The translations under genes were made by a program, and so were the position numbers. From positions 515,053 to 579,052 of the forward strand of contig CAYVLY010000001.1 in assembly GCA_964452565.1 (NCBI GenBank): DNA of 64,000 nucleotides, written 5' to 3'. Below the pieces are notes generated by a model, which was given only the letters and a program-made list of their open reading frames with translations, had not been told where the DNA came from and searched no databases. Origin of the DNA: an uncultured Gammaproteobacteria bacterium. GTDB lineage: Bacteria; Patescibacteriota; Patescibacteriia; UBA9934. How positions within the stretch are numbered: position 1 is the first letter of the stretch; each line of letters opens with the position of its first letter. This document shows, piece by piece, positions 36,922-46,875 of this stretch.

Positions 36922-37080
36922 CGAAGTATAATAACACGCATTTCTCCCCATGTCAACCCTTTCGCCCACCTGTAAAAAGTACCTGAAAATAGCCCAAAAA
37001 TTGGCTAAGGCCCTTGACTAAAGGGCTTTTCAATGATATATTTCTAGGCCCCTTCAACCCCCAACCCGCACGGAGTTCCC

Positions 37081-37791
37081 ATGCGACATTTAATCTTTCT
37101 TCTAGCTCTCACCACTGCTCCCGCGCTCGCCGCCGACCCCACCTGCCCGGATGGACAGAGGGTCACGACCTTCATGGAGCTGAACCGATACGAGGACATC
37201 CACAGCACCCCTTCCCACTGGAGCGTGACCATCCGCTACGGCAACATGCGCTCCGGCTCCGGAATGCCAGAGTGGGAGCTCGATGCCATCCGTCAGAGCC
37301 TCGGACTGCACAACATCAGCGATCTGATCGGCGTGCCCTTCTGCATGGAAGGCTACGCCTGGAAGCTGGCCCTCAACGAGAAGGCAGTGGAGTCCCTGGC
37401 CGAGCAGAGCGGTACTTCCTACATGACGCCCACCAGCGACAAGTTCCTCGACATGATCACCGACGGCCTGGTCAGCGGCCAGCGGGTCGAGCTCCGGGAA
37501 ATCACCGAGATCGACCAGCTCAACCTCGCTGCCCAACTCTTCACCGGCGGCTTCGCCCAGCGCTACCTGCGCCCTGAGGTCTTCGAACGCCTCAAGGAGC
37601 AGGTCAAGACCAAGAGCGCGGGTCGTCTGACGGTCCAGAAGGCCAGCCGCGAGGAATTCGCGTTCACCAGCTCCTGCCTGTGCGGGACCGCGTACCTCAA
37701 GCTCGTCAACATCTCCACCAGAGAGACCCACCAGCTCTTCTCCATCAGCGAGCTGCTGTCGATCGTCTCGCTGGACCCCGGCCGCAAGTAG
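37081..37791 (+). CDS. GC-rich secreted hypothetical protein
   Basis: Signal peptide (ALA-AD); promoter TTGACT-17-TATATT at 37014-37042; GGAG SD. Confidence 0.8.
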   Translation: MRHLIFLLALTTAPALAADPTCPDGQRVTTFMELNRYEDIHSTPSHWSVTIRYGNMRSGSGMPEWELDAIRQSLGLHNISDLIGVPFCMEGYAWKLALNEKAVESLAEQSGTSYMTPTSDKFLDMITDGLVSGQRVELREITEIDQLNLAAQLFTGGFAQRYLRPEVFERLKEQVKTKSAGRLTVQKASREEFAFTSSCLCGTAYLKLVNISTRETHQLFSISELLSIVSLDPGRK

Positions 37792-37896
37792 CCGGCGCTC
37801 ACCCTCACCCCCACCCCCGAAGGCCCCTACGGTCTCGCGGTCGTGGGGGTTCTTCTTTTCTGAATAACAAAACAGCCCCGAAGGGCTGCTTTTCTC

Positions 37897-38508
37897 TTAT
37901 TTGATTATCTTATCAACCAATCCGTACGCAAGAGATTCCTTTGCTGTTAGGAACTTATCGCGTTCAGTATCATCTGCAACCTTCTTTAATGGCTGGCCGG
38001 CATGCTTTGAAATGATCTTATTGAGAGAATCCTTTACAGCCAGAATGCGCTCAGCGTGAATCTTGATATCTGTTGCCTGCCCTTGGACCCCACCAAGCAC
38101 CTGGTGAATCATAACTTCTGAGTTTGGAAGAACAAATCGCTTACCCTTCTCTCCTGCAGTTAATAGCACCGCTCCCATTGATGCCGCCATTCCAACACAG
38201 ATGGTTGAAACACTTGGCTTGATGTATTGCATGGTGTCATAGATCGCCAACCCGGCAGTAACTGATCCACCCGGAGAATTAATGTATAGCTTGATATCCC
38301 GCTCCTGATCCTGGCTTTCCAAAAATAGCAACTGAGCAATCACAGCATTTGCTACTGTGTCATCAATAGCACTTCCAAGAAAGATGATGCGATCTTTCAG
38401 AAGTCTTGAGTAAATATCATATGCCCGCTCACCATGATGTGTTTTCTCAACAACGGTTGGAATCAACACCTGCGAACGAATCTCTGGAGTAATGTTTTCT
38501 TTATTCAT
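37897..38508 (-). CDS. clpP: ATP-dependent Clp protease proteolytic subunit
   Basis: [34 protein letters not shown]. Confidence 0.97.
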   Translation of the reverse strand: MNKENITPEIRSQVLIPTVVEKTHHGERAYDIYSRLLKDRIIFLGSAIDDTVANAVIAQLLFLESQDQERDIKLYINSPGGSVTAGLAIYDTMQYIKPSVSTICVGMAASMGAVLLTAGEKGKRFVLPNSEVMIHQVLGGVQGQATDIKIHAERILAVKDSLNKIISKHAGQPLKKVADDTERDKFLTAKESLAYGLVDKIIK

Positions 38509-38582
38509 ATATTTGATTATATCAGGGTGATCAGAGGTGATCAAAGGTTGTTAGAAGTAATTATCACCTTTTCCACCTTTTA

Positions 38583-39560
38583 TTACTTCTTATCACTTTT
38601 TCCCATCACGAACCACTGCCCGTCTTTTTCTTCCAGTCGGGCGTCTGCAATCTGAAACCCAGCTGCGCGTATGTGCCCGCCGCCGCCATACTTCCCTGCC
38701 AACTCTGCAACATTTACAGTATGTGACCGAAGACTTCCCTTCACAGATCCATCATCGCGTTCGTAATAAACAAGCGCAGTGTCCGCCCCATCAACCATCG
38801 CATTCAAAAAGTTGATCAACCCCTGAAGATCCTCAGCTTCGGCACCCAAATCTTTCATATCCTTTAGCGTGATCGCTGTTGCGATCGCATCAAACTCATC
38901 ATTGTGATGCAGACGCTCAAACGCAAGCCCCCAAAGTTTCAAAGCTGGAACTGACTTGTTCATCATAGTTTCACGTACAATCTCTTGAAGTCGTGCACCG
39001 TATCGAGAAAGCTCATGCGCCGCATCCAAACATGCAGCATCTGTGTTTGTTGTAGAAAATATATTTGTATCTGTACAAATCCCCGTGAGAATACACTGTG
39101 CGGCAGCTTTACTCATTGGATAGTTCATTGCCTTTACAAATCGCCATACAACACCAGAGGCAGATGCAGAGTGATCTTCGACCAGATTGATTGTTCCATA
39201 TCTAGGATTGGTGACATGATGATCAACAACGATCAATGGTGAACGCTTTGGCAGTTTTGGAAGCAGGTCTTTAATATACTCACCATCAGCGCAATCAAAA
39301 ATCATCACCAAGTCAATCGAATCATCCTCAAAAACTTCATCGCTATATTGAATCTGCCCAATGCCTGGCATAAAAGAAAACGTTGCTGGAATCTCGCGTG
39401 GAGAATACACAACAACGTCCTTATTCATTGCTTTTAAAATATGATACATCCCAAGAGTCGCGCCAACAGTATCACCGTCAATCCGCTCATCTGTAAGTAG
39501 CAAAATACGACCCGCCCGCTGTACCTCCGCATCAATCCTCTTGTACGTCATCTGGATCAT
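38583..39560 (-). CDS. nrnA: DHH family phosphoesterase (NrnA-like)
   Basis: DGD, DHH, GI.TDT, SLRS, GGGGH..AAG. Confidence 0.88.
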   Translation of the reverse strand: MIQMTYKRIDAEVQRAGRILLLTDERIDGDTVGATLGMYHILKAMNKDVVVYSPREIPATFSFMPGIGQIQYSDEVFEDDSIDLVMIFDCADGEYIKDLLPKLPKRSPLIVVDHHVTNPRYGTINLVEDHSASASGVVWRFVKAMNYPMSKAAAQCILTGICTDTNIFSTTNTDAACLDAAHELSRYGARLQEIVRETMMNKSVPALKLWGLAFERLHHNDEFDAIATAITLKDMKDLGAEAEDLQGLINFLNAMVDGADTALVYYERDDGSVKGSLRSHTVNVAELAGKYGGGGHIRAAGFQIADARLEEKDGQWFVMGKSDKK

Positions 39561-39601
39561 AAGCACAGCAGCTTAACTCTTAGTATGGTTTACGTCAAGT
39601 A

Positions 39602-40042
39602 TTACAGCAAAATCGACAGAAGAACGGTGATAGACATCAAAACGGTTGTGATAGCAGAGGCAACACACCAGGGGCACCATTTCTTCAATATAAACGCCAT
39701 AATGTACACAAAACGGGTCGACATGATTAGAGCTACTATTAGCCCAATTAAAAAAATCAGATGCAACAATTCAAGTGGCTCATCTGATGCGATTGAAGGC
39801 CCGCCAACTAGCACCCCTAATAATGTAATGCTATGAACACCAAACGTAAAACCATAAAACGCCAACCCAAGCACATCATTATGGACCCCAAATGTCTTAT
39901 TATACTTGCTCTCTAGTACTCCATTGCATTTACCTGGACCAGTGCAGACTGGCTTTTGATTCTTACGACGCCTTGCGATCAAATACGTTGTTTCCCCGAT
40001 CCCTGCAAGGGCCAAGAGAATCATAATAATAAAGTATGTCAT
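39602..40042 (-). CDS. Vitamin K epoxide reductase (VKOR) family protein
   Basis: C..C..VL.S.Y, WCPWC motif, TM segments. Confidence 0.88.
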   Translation of the reverse strand: MTYFIIMILLALAGIGETTYLIARRRKNQKPVCTGPGKCNGVLESKYNKTFGVHNDVLGLAFYGFTFGVHSITLLGVLVGGPSIASDEPLELLHLIFLIGLIVALIMSTRFVYIMAFILKKWCPWCVASAITTVLMSITVLLSILL

Positions 40043-40105
40043 ATAGATTTATTATACACGCTTTCTCTTTGATCCGCCTGTCCTGTTTGATACAATAGAG
40101 CCGTT

Positions 40106-42442
40106 ATGCACCTACAACGATTAGAACTTCAAGGCTTTAAGACATTTGCTAAAAAGACAACGCTGGACTTCTCTGCGCCAAAGAAAAACAAACACGCACT
40201 TACTGTGATTGTTGGACCAAATGGATCGGGAAAATCCAACATAGCTGATGCAATACGATGGTGCCTAGGAGAGCAATCAATGAAAATGCTTCGCGGAAAA
40301 AAAAGTGAAGACATTATTTTTTCTGGTTCAAAAGGCAAATCGCGTTCTGGAATGGCTGAGGTCACGATGACAATTAACAACTCAGACAAAGCAATGCCAG
40401 TTGATTATGAAGAGGTTGTAATTACCCGCCGGCTATATCGCGATGGACAGTCAGATTATCTACTTAACGGAAAACCAGTTCGACTTGCTGATATTCAACT
40501 ACTTCTAGCGCAGGCAGGCATTGGTCAACGGACCTACTCAGTTGTTGGACAAGGGATGATTGATCATGTGCTCACCGCCTCACCTGAAGAGCGAAAAGTG
40601 TTTTTTGATGATGCAACTGGTGTTCGCGGACTTCAGATCAAGCGACATCAAGCCATGCTTAAGCTACAAAAAGCTAGTGACAACTTATCGGAGGTTGAAA
40701 TGCTTTTGGCTGAAATCTCTCCTAGACTTCGATCATTGAAACGCCAGGTAAAGCGACTTGAGAAACGCGAGGTCGTTGAAGTAGAGCTTTGCGAGGTTCA
40801 AAACACTTACTTTGGAGGTCTTTGGTCGCAACTACAAGGTGAGCTTAATGGTGTAAGTAAAAAACTAGATGGTGTTGAGGATCAGATCAAACATAAACAA
40901 AAAGAACTAGATAATGGTGACAAGCAGCTCCTTGAACTTGAAAAGCAGTCATCAAAGGAAGACAAATCAGAACTCCGCGCCAAAGCACATGAAGCATACA
41001 AAAAAGCTCAGGTTGAGCTGAACAAGGCACGCCAAGAACAGTTTGATGCTGAACGAACACTTGAGCTCGCCAAGGTCAAAGCGCAATCAACCTGGTCTCC
41101 CCTGCCACTCTCCAATATCCTTAACGAGCTTGAGTCTATAACTAGCGATCAAGAGCAGGCGCTGAAAGACCTTAAAGGTGTGGAGAATATAGACGCACTC
41201 ACAAAGATAACTGATGCAATCGAGGGTATCTTTACGCGTGCAAAACAACTTCGGAAACGCCTAACAAAGCCAAATCCTGACGACTTTAAGCCAGACAAGG
41301 CAACGCTAAGATCAATCGATGACGCAAAGAATAAGATCAAAGCAGCTGAGAAAAAACTCAAAGATGCTGAGCAAGAGATGGATCAGGCCAACAAAAAGGA
41401 TGGGACTGATAAGACTGAAATCTTTACATTCCAACGAAAGTTAAGGGGGATTCAATCAGAGCTTCATACGATCGAAACTCAATCAAATCAACTTAACATC
41501 GATCGAGTACGGATCGAAACCCGAGTCGAGGGACTTGAACGCGAGATGCGTGAAGAAATCCCAGGGCGAATCGAGGAAATCAAGAACGCTCCCCTTTCAT
41601 CCATCCCGAGCGAGCGGAGCAAGTCGAGGGATCTCTCGAAGCTTGAAAGTCTTCGGTCCAGAATGCTCAGTCTCAAGCATAAGCTCGAACTAATTGGAGG
41701 AATCGATGAAGAGACTGTTACTGAGTTTGAAGAAACAAAAGAACGTCACGACTTTCTTGATGGTCAAGTCCAAGACATCCGCGAGGCAATACGTAAATCT
41801 GAAAAGGTTATTGATGAGCTCGACACAAACATCCGCACACAATCTGAAAAGGTCTTCAAGGAAATCAACAAGGAATTTCAAAAGTACTTTAAGATTCTCT
41901 TCGGTGGTGGAAGTTGCGGACTAATCAAGATGAAGCAGGAAGATGTAAAGAAAGAAACCAAGGTGAGTTTAGATCGTGCCATGGAAGCACTTGCACAAGA
42001 ACAGATCGAAGAAGAGGAGGAGGATGAAAACTCAGTGAGTGCAATCATGAAGCGTGTTAAAAAACGCAGAGATCATGTTGCCGGTATCGAAATCCAAGCA
42101 ACACCTCCAGGCAAACGACTCAAGGCTTTGAATCTTCTTTCTGGTGGTGAGCGTGCACTCACATCAATCGCTTTGCTTTCAGCAATAATGGCTACTAACC
42201 CTTCCCCATTTGTGGTACTTGATGAGGTTGATGCAGCGCTTGATGAGGCAAACACAGTACGATTCGCAAATATTCTTGATGAACTTCAGAAGCTCACTCA
42301 GTTCATTGTAGTGACTCACAACCGCGCTACTATGGAACACGCAGATCTACTGTATGGAGTAAGCATGGGAGACGATGGGGTTTCGAATCTATTATCGGTA
42401 CAACTATCAGATGTGAAAGAAAACGGAACAACACGAAGGTAA
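40106..42442 (+). CDS. smc: SMC-family ATPase (short, 778 aa)
   Basis: GFKTF, GPNGSGKSN, LSGGE, LDEVDAALD, coiled coils. Confidence 0.9.
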   Translation: MHLQRLELQGFKTFAKKTTLDFSAPKKNKHALTVIVGPNGSGKSNIADAIRWCLGEQSMKMLRGKKSEDIIFSGSKGKSRSGMAEVTMTINNSDKAMPVDYEEVVITRRLYRDGQSDYLLNGKPVRLADIQLLLAQAGIGQRTYSVVGQGMIDHVLTASPEERKVFFDDATGVRGLQIKRHQAMLKLQKASDNLSEVEMLLAEISPRLRSLKRQVKRLEKREVVEVELCEVQNTYFGGLWSQLQGELNGVSKKLDGVEDQIKHKQKELDNGDKQLLELEKQSSKEDKSELRAKAHEAYKKAQVELNKARQEQFDAERTLELAKVKAQSTWSPLPLSNILNELESITSDQEQALKDLKGVENIDALTKITDAIEGIFTRAKQLRKRLTKPNPDDFKPDKATLRSIDDAKNKIKAAEKKLKDAEQEMDQANKKDGTDKTEIFTFQRKLRGIQSELHTIETQSNQLNIDRVRIETRVEGLEREMREEIPGRIEEIKNAPLSSIPSERSKSRDLSKLESLRSRMLSLKHKLELIGGIDEETVTEFEETKERHDFLDGQVQDIREAIRKSEKVIDELDTNIRTQSEKVFKEINKEFQKYFKILFGGGSCGLIKMKQEDVKKETKVSLDRAMEALAQEQIEEEEEDENSVSAIMKRVKKRRDHVAGIEIQATPPGKRLKALNLLSGGERALTSIALLSAIMATNPSPFVVLDEVDAALDEANTVRFANILDELQKLTQFIVVTHNRATMEHADLLYGVSMGDDGVSNLLSVQLSDVKENGTTRR

Positions 42443-42483
42443 ACAAAAACACCCTTGATAACCTCGTGGGTGTTTTTTAATTT

Positions 42484-43476
42484 CTATTTCTTTTGTGCCT
42501 TTGCCCGAACTATCAGAACTATCGCACTTACTAAGACTATTAATGCCAAGAGCGATAACCAAATGCTATCAAGTACGATGAATAAGCTGATCATGATAAC
42601 CCACACAAGTGCAGCCACAACTCCGACAGCAAGATAGACTATTCCTTGCAGTCCTCGATTTAGCCCGCCTCCAAAGAATGGAATAGCTCTGAGCACTCCA
42701 GCGATTGGAGCAGCAAATTGAGAAGCTGCAATGACAAATCCTAGAACCATGAATATCAAAGAGCCAAACCTGAGACCCCACTTCGCTGCGCTATCTTGCT
42801 CTCCAAGCAATCGCTCAGTCTCATCATAACCATGAGGTGAAACTATGAAGTAACGATCACCACCCGACTTAACAACTCCGTCGTGAGCCAACCCAACAAT
42901 CAAAAGCGAATCCGAAATCTGTGCAAAGCTATATTCATATCGAATATCACCAACTGCGTCGGGATACTCCTTACTAAGATCTGACAAATCCATCGGATCT
43001 TCATAATAACGTATTGTTGCTGATTGCTCATCAACAAAAAGTGTGTCCTCGGATAGTTTAATTGTATACGCTCCGACAGTTACATCTGCAGCGCTAACTT
43101 GCTCAGACTGCTTTTCCCAAGATGTTCTTGCAACTTGATAACACGGCTCGCATCCATGTTCATCGCACTGATCATCGATCTGCTCAAGAACCCTCATGTT
43201 CTCATCGTATTGATTTAGATCCCCGCAAACAACTTCCTGAGCTTCAACAAACTCATACACTTCTTCCTGAACATAGATACATTGCACTTCACTATCTGGA
43301 CAATCAACAAGACCCCCATACTCAACCGAGCCATAAAAAGAAACATAACCATCTTGCTCTATGGTGGCATCAACTTCTTCTGCAGCACGGAAATCCTCAA
43401 CCCTATGCTGTAATTGCGAAAACCACGCAGTCATTACAGACAGAAAAATGATGAAGCAGCCAAGTAATATACGCAT
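42484..43476 (-). CDS. Membrane protein with extracellular acidic domain
   Basis: N-terminal TM and three C-terminal TMs. Confidence 0.7.
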   Translation of the reverse strand: MRILLGCFIIFLSVMTAWFSQLQHRVEDFRAAEEVDATIEQDGYVSFYGSVEYGGLVDCPDSEVQCIYVQEEVYEFVEAQEVVCGDLNQYDENMRVLEQIDDQCDEHGCEPCYQVARTSWEKQSEQVSAADVTVGAYTIKLSEDTLFVDEQSATIRYYEDPMDLSDLSKEYPDAVGDIRYEYSFAQISDSLLIVGLAHDGVVKSGGDRYFIVSPHGYDETERLLGEQDSAAKWGLRFGSLIFMVLGFVIAASQFAAPIAGVLRAIPFFGGGLNRGLQGIVYLAVGVVAALVWVIMISLFIVLDSIWLSLLALIVLVSAIVLIVRAKAQKK

Positions 43477-43497
43477 ACTAATCTAGAAAAATATAAA

Positions 43498-44154
43498 TTA
43501 AAACGTAAATGTAGAAACAATGTCAGTAGAGGTTTGATACGAAGGATCAAAGGTGATGCGACATGTATGAATATCGTCGCTTACATAATAAGTTCCAGAA
43601 TGAAACGATACTGCTTCTGATCCATTTAGGGAGAAATATTCACCATCCAGACCTTCATAATCAATATAATGTCTGACCTCTCCGTGCTCGCTCAATGGAG
43701 CCTGCGTACCGCAGTAAATTCCCACTGACTCAACTCCTGGATCCAATTGGTGTGGTGTGAAGTCAAAAAATACGTCAGACAAATTATTTATAACAACATA
43801 CGCTGGTGGTGGCGGACAGCATGCATCAGGTGGCATGAACCAGGATGCGGGATATGCAACAGTGTATCCATAAGTTGGATTTACATATGAGGTCCACAAG
43901 CCTGACCCATCAGCCTCTGAGACTTCTGGTTCAGAATCTACAGGCTCTTCATCCATGGTCTCGGCATCGTCAACTTCATCGTCCAATACCGAGGGATCGG
44001 ATTCTTCGTCTTGCTCTGCTTCTTGCAATACCAACACATCCTCTTCTTGGACGTCATCAGATAGCACAACCCTATAAGTAACATACGATGCAACTCCTGC
44101 TGCCAATACAGCAGCAGCTAACACTGGAATCAATAATTTTATAGGCATAAGCAT
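43498..44154 (-). CDS. Membrane-anchored exported protein (PsbP-like domain)
   Basis: N-terminal TM, acidic linker, W..Y.N..YGY...YP.SW. Confidence 0.7.
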   Translation of the reverse strand: MLMPIKLLIPVLAAAVLAAGVASYVTYRVVLSDDVQEEDVLVLQEAEQDEESDPSVLDDEVDDAETMDEEPVDSEPEVSEADGSGLWTSYVNPTYGYTVAYPASWFMPPDACCPPPPAYVVINNLSDVFFDFTPHQLDPGVESVGIYCGTQAPLSEHGEVRHYIDYEGLDGEYFSLNGSEAVSFHSGTYYVSDDIHTCRITFDPSYQTSTDIVSTFTF

Positions 44155-44340
44155 GGATTTATTGGATTAAGTATATCATGCAAAAAGCTATTTGCCACCA
44201 CAGGGCTTGACCCGCCTTCGCTAAGCTACGGCGGGCAGGCAAACTGCCAGATGCCGGGACAGGGGTTGACAAACATTAATCAAAAAGCTAACATATGCGC
44301 GTAATAAACATTTTCAACAACTTAAACATCTTAAACAACT

Positions 44341-44886
44341 ATGTTAACTATTCGTCTTTCACGAACTGGAAAGAAGAAACAACCACAATATCGTATTGTT
44401 CTTCAAGAAAGTCACCGCGATCCATGGTCTCCTGCAAAAGAAATCTTAGGTCGCTACAACCCACGCGCAGAAAAAGATAACATCATCCTTGATGAAGAGC
44501 GGATTAAGCACTGGCTATCAGTTGGAGCAAAGCCATCTGCAACCGTGCATAACATACTTGTAAATGCTGGGATTATTAAGGCAGATAAACAAGGTGTTGT
44601 GACTATCAGCAAGAAGCGTACTGCTAAGATGGAGGGTAAGAAAGCAGAAAAAGCTGAAAAAGAAATAGAGGCTAAAGAAGCTGCAAAGGCAGCAAAGGAG
44701 GCCGAGAAAGCAAAGGCCACTGAAGAGAAGGAGGAAAAAGAAACTCCTGAAAAGAAGAAAGAAGGGGAGGCTCCCGCTGAAAATCCTGAGCCTGTCGAAG
44801 GGCAAGAAGAATCAAAAGAAGAAGTACAAGCCGAAGCTGAAGAAAAGCCAGCTGAAGAGGACAAGAAAGAAGAAGCTGCAGAGTAA
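44341..44886 (+). CDS. rpsP: 30S ribosomal protein S16 with charged tail
   Basis: MLTIRLSRTGKK.QP.YRIV, LG.YNP, WL..GA.PS.TV. Confidence 0.96.
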   Translation: MLTIRLSRTGKKKQPQYRIVLQESHRDPWSPAKEILGRYNPRAEKDNIILDEERIKHWLSVGAKPSATVHNILVNAGIIKADKQGVVTISKKRTAKMEGKKAEKAEKEIEAKEAAKAAKEAEKAKATEEKEEKETPEKKKEGEAPAENPEPVEGQEESKEEVQAEAEEKPAEEDKKEEAAE

Positions 44887-44926
44887 TCATCTTATCAATA
44901 AAACCGCCGCAAAGGCGGCTTTATGG

Positions 44927-45018
44927 TTGACAAAAACCAAAATCAGGAGTATATTCCATAGTTGCCGGATCGGGGACTCGCCCCTTTCTAGCGCCTTCAC
45001 CTTACGAAAGTAGGTGAT
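44927..45018 (+). promoter_or_regulatory. Promoter plus structured leader, duplicated at 45872-45962
   Basis: TTGACA-17-TATATT; first 44 nt identical in both copies; CACCTTAC-GAAA-GTAGGTG hairpin covers the SD. Confidence 0.85.
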
Positions 45019-45807
45019 ATGTCGCCCCGAAATACTGTCAAAATCCCCTTGAGCTGGCTAGTTGCTGCCATCCTTGTGGTCATCGTAGCCCTGGTAACTC
45101 CTACTGCATCCCTGACCCTCTCCGACCTGGTAGAGGACCTTCAATCAATGCAGCAAGGCACCACTGCACATGAACTCGCTCAGCGAGACGCTCGGTTGAT
45201 TGAATGGGAGAAGCAAAAGCAAGAACGACAAAAAGCGTTTCAGCAACTTCGTAAGGAGCAGGATGCAGCATACCGAAAGATGCGTGCAGACCCCTATCAC
45301 GCCGCAGTGCCTGTTGCTCTGCTGAAAGAGCCCGAGGACCTGATTGGCTCAATGACCCCATGGTTAAATGAGCCGTGTGCACACGAATCCAACTGTGTTG
45401 AAATGCGATTTCACGAGAAACTCCGCATCCACAATCGTGAGGCATACTTCGGAGCGATCCACTTGGAGAAAACCAATCCTGTGGATGGAGCTACCAGCCT
45501 CGACAAGGGCGAGACGCTCACAGTCTATGCCTGCGGAATCGAAATTCCGCTCTATGACACAGTGGCTGAAAAGGCCATCGAGGCTCAAACCAACCACGCG
45601 CGAATGGAGCTCGTACGAAGCCAGCTGGACAAAACCTGGTACGTCGTGAAGGTCGAGGCATACAACGGGAGTATGTGGGGCACCACCCATACATACGACT
45701 GCAACGATACAACCTATGTGTGCTCATACACTTTGGACACTTGGCCTGGGCGCTATTCGCCCCCGGCCACCGAAAACCTGGCAGGACTCATTCTCCGTGG
45801 AGGATAG
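45019..45807 (+). CDS. Membrane-anchored Cys-containing hypothetical protein
   Basis: N-terminal TM; distant paralog of 45963-46724. Confidence 0.78.
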   Translation: MSPRNTVKIPLSWLVAAILVVIVALVTPTASLTLSDLVEDLQSMQQGTTAHELAQRDARLIEWEKQKQERQKAFQQLRKEQDAAYRKMRADPYHAAVPVALLKEPEDLIGSMTPWLNEPCAHESNCVEMRFHEKLRIHNREAYFGAIHLEKTNPVDGATSLDKGETLTVYACGIEIPLYDTVAEKAIEAQTNHARMELVRSQLDKTWYVVKVEAYNGSMWGTTHTYDCNDTTYVCSYTLDTWPGRYSPPATENLAGLILRGG

Positions 45808-45871
45808 TCAGACGGAAGCCAGGACGCGCGACCGGACCCACGTGGTCCGGTTCTTCTTTTTGGGTAATTCA

Positions 45872-45962
45872 TTGACAAAAACCAAAATCAGGAGTATATT
45901 CCATAGTTGCCGGATTGGGGATCAGCCCTCTCTAGCACCTTCACCTTACGAAAGTAGGTGAG
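45872..45962 (+). promoter_or_regulatory. Promoter plus structured leader, copy 2
   Basis: Near-identical to 44927-45018. Confidence 0.85.
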
Positions 45963-46724
45963 ATGCCGCTCTTCAAACAGGCTCTTGATCTAATTCATTC
46001 CGCATACTGGTGGGCCAGATTCAGCTATTGGATCTTGTTGGTTCCCGCCGCAATATTCGTAGGCGCAATCGTGCTGGCGCCAGTACTTGGAGCCTTATGT
46101 GCCCACTGGAACTGCCACGACTACACCCCCCTCTCAATGCTCGACTCAATGCTCGACAGCGCCAAGACGCCCAAGTCAACACGGCAGCTGAACAATGGGC
46201 AGACTGTCACGCAATGTCAACGCAACTTCGACGGAACCATTGGGGTCGCAGACATACCCCCCGACTTGGAGGCCAAGATCAAGGAAGTCCAAAATCGCCT
46301 GTTTGATCAAGCAGGCGTCAGGGCAGATGTCTTTCTCCACAACGGCATGGAGGCATTCTACACTGAAGCATTCAATCGCATCGAGATGGAAGACGCGCCT
46401 CCGTATACATGCTACAACGTCCAGCTGCTGGTCATGCGCGACAACATCAACCTCCCTGTGTTCGACGAGCAAAGCTGCGACAAGTGCCTGACGCTTGACA
46501 ACGTCTCCCTGACGGTGATCTTGGTACAAGAAACCGGGGGTGGAAACTGGCAAATCGTCTATGCGCATGCAATCGACAACCAAGACAGAATGTTGGTGTT
46601 TGAGTGGGATATGGAAACATCAACGTACATCTTCGACAACCCCTACGATGACGGCCATTTCGACGATGCCCTCTTGGACATCCCTGTCATCAACCTGGCA
46701 AATGCCGCCCTGTGGGGCAGCTAG
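45963..46724 (+). CDS. Membrane-anchored Cys-containing hypothetical protein
   Basis: N-terminal TM; 3' hairpin shared with 45019-45807. Confidence 0.78.
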   Translation: MPLFKQALDLIHSAYWWARFSYWILLVPAAIFVGAIVLAPVLGALCAHWNCHDYTPLSMLDSMLDSAKTPKSTRQLNNGQTVTQCQRNFDGTIGVADIPPDLEAKIKEVQNRLFDQAGVRADVFLHNGMEAFYTEAFNRIEMEDAPPYTCYNVQLLVMRDNINLPVFDEQSCDKCLTLDNVSLTVILVQETGGGNWQIVYAHAIDNQDRMLVFEWDMETSTYIFDNPYDDGHFDDALLDIPVINLANAALWGS

Positions 46725-46875
46725 ACGGACGCCAGGACCTTCGACCGGGCCCATGTGGTCCGGTTCCTTTGTTCTTAAAAACCGCCCCAACCCCTTCTCC
46801 TTCCTGAACGAAGTGAGGGATCTTCTTGAGAAGACCTCTCGCTACGCTCGAGGTGGTGCTGAGTGTAGACGGTTT

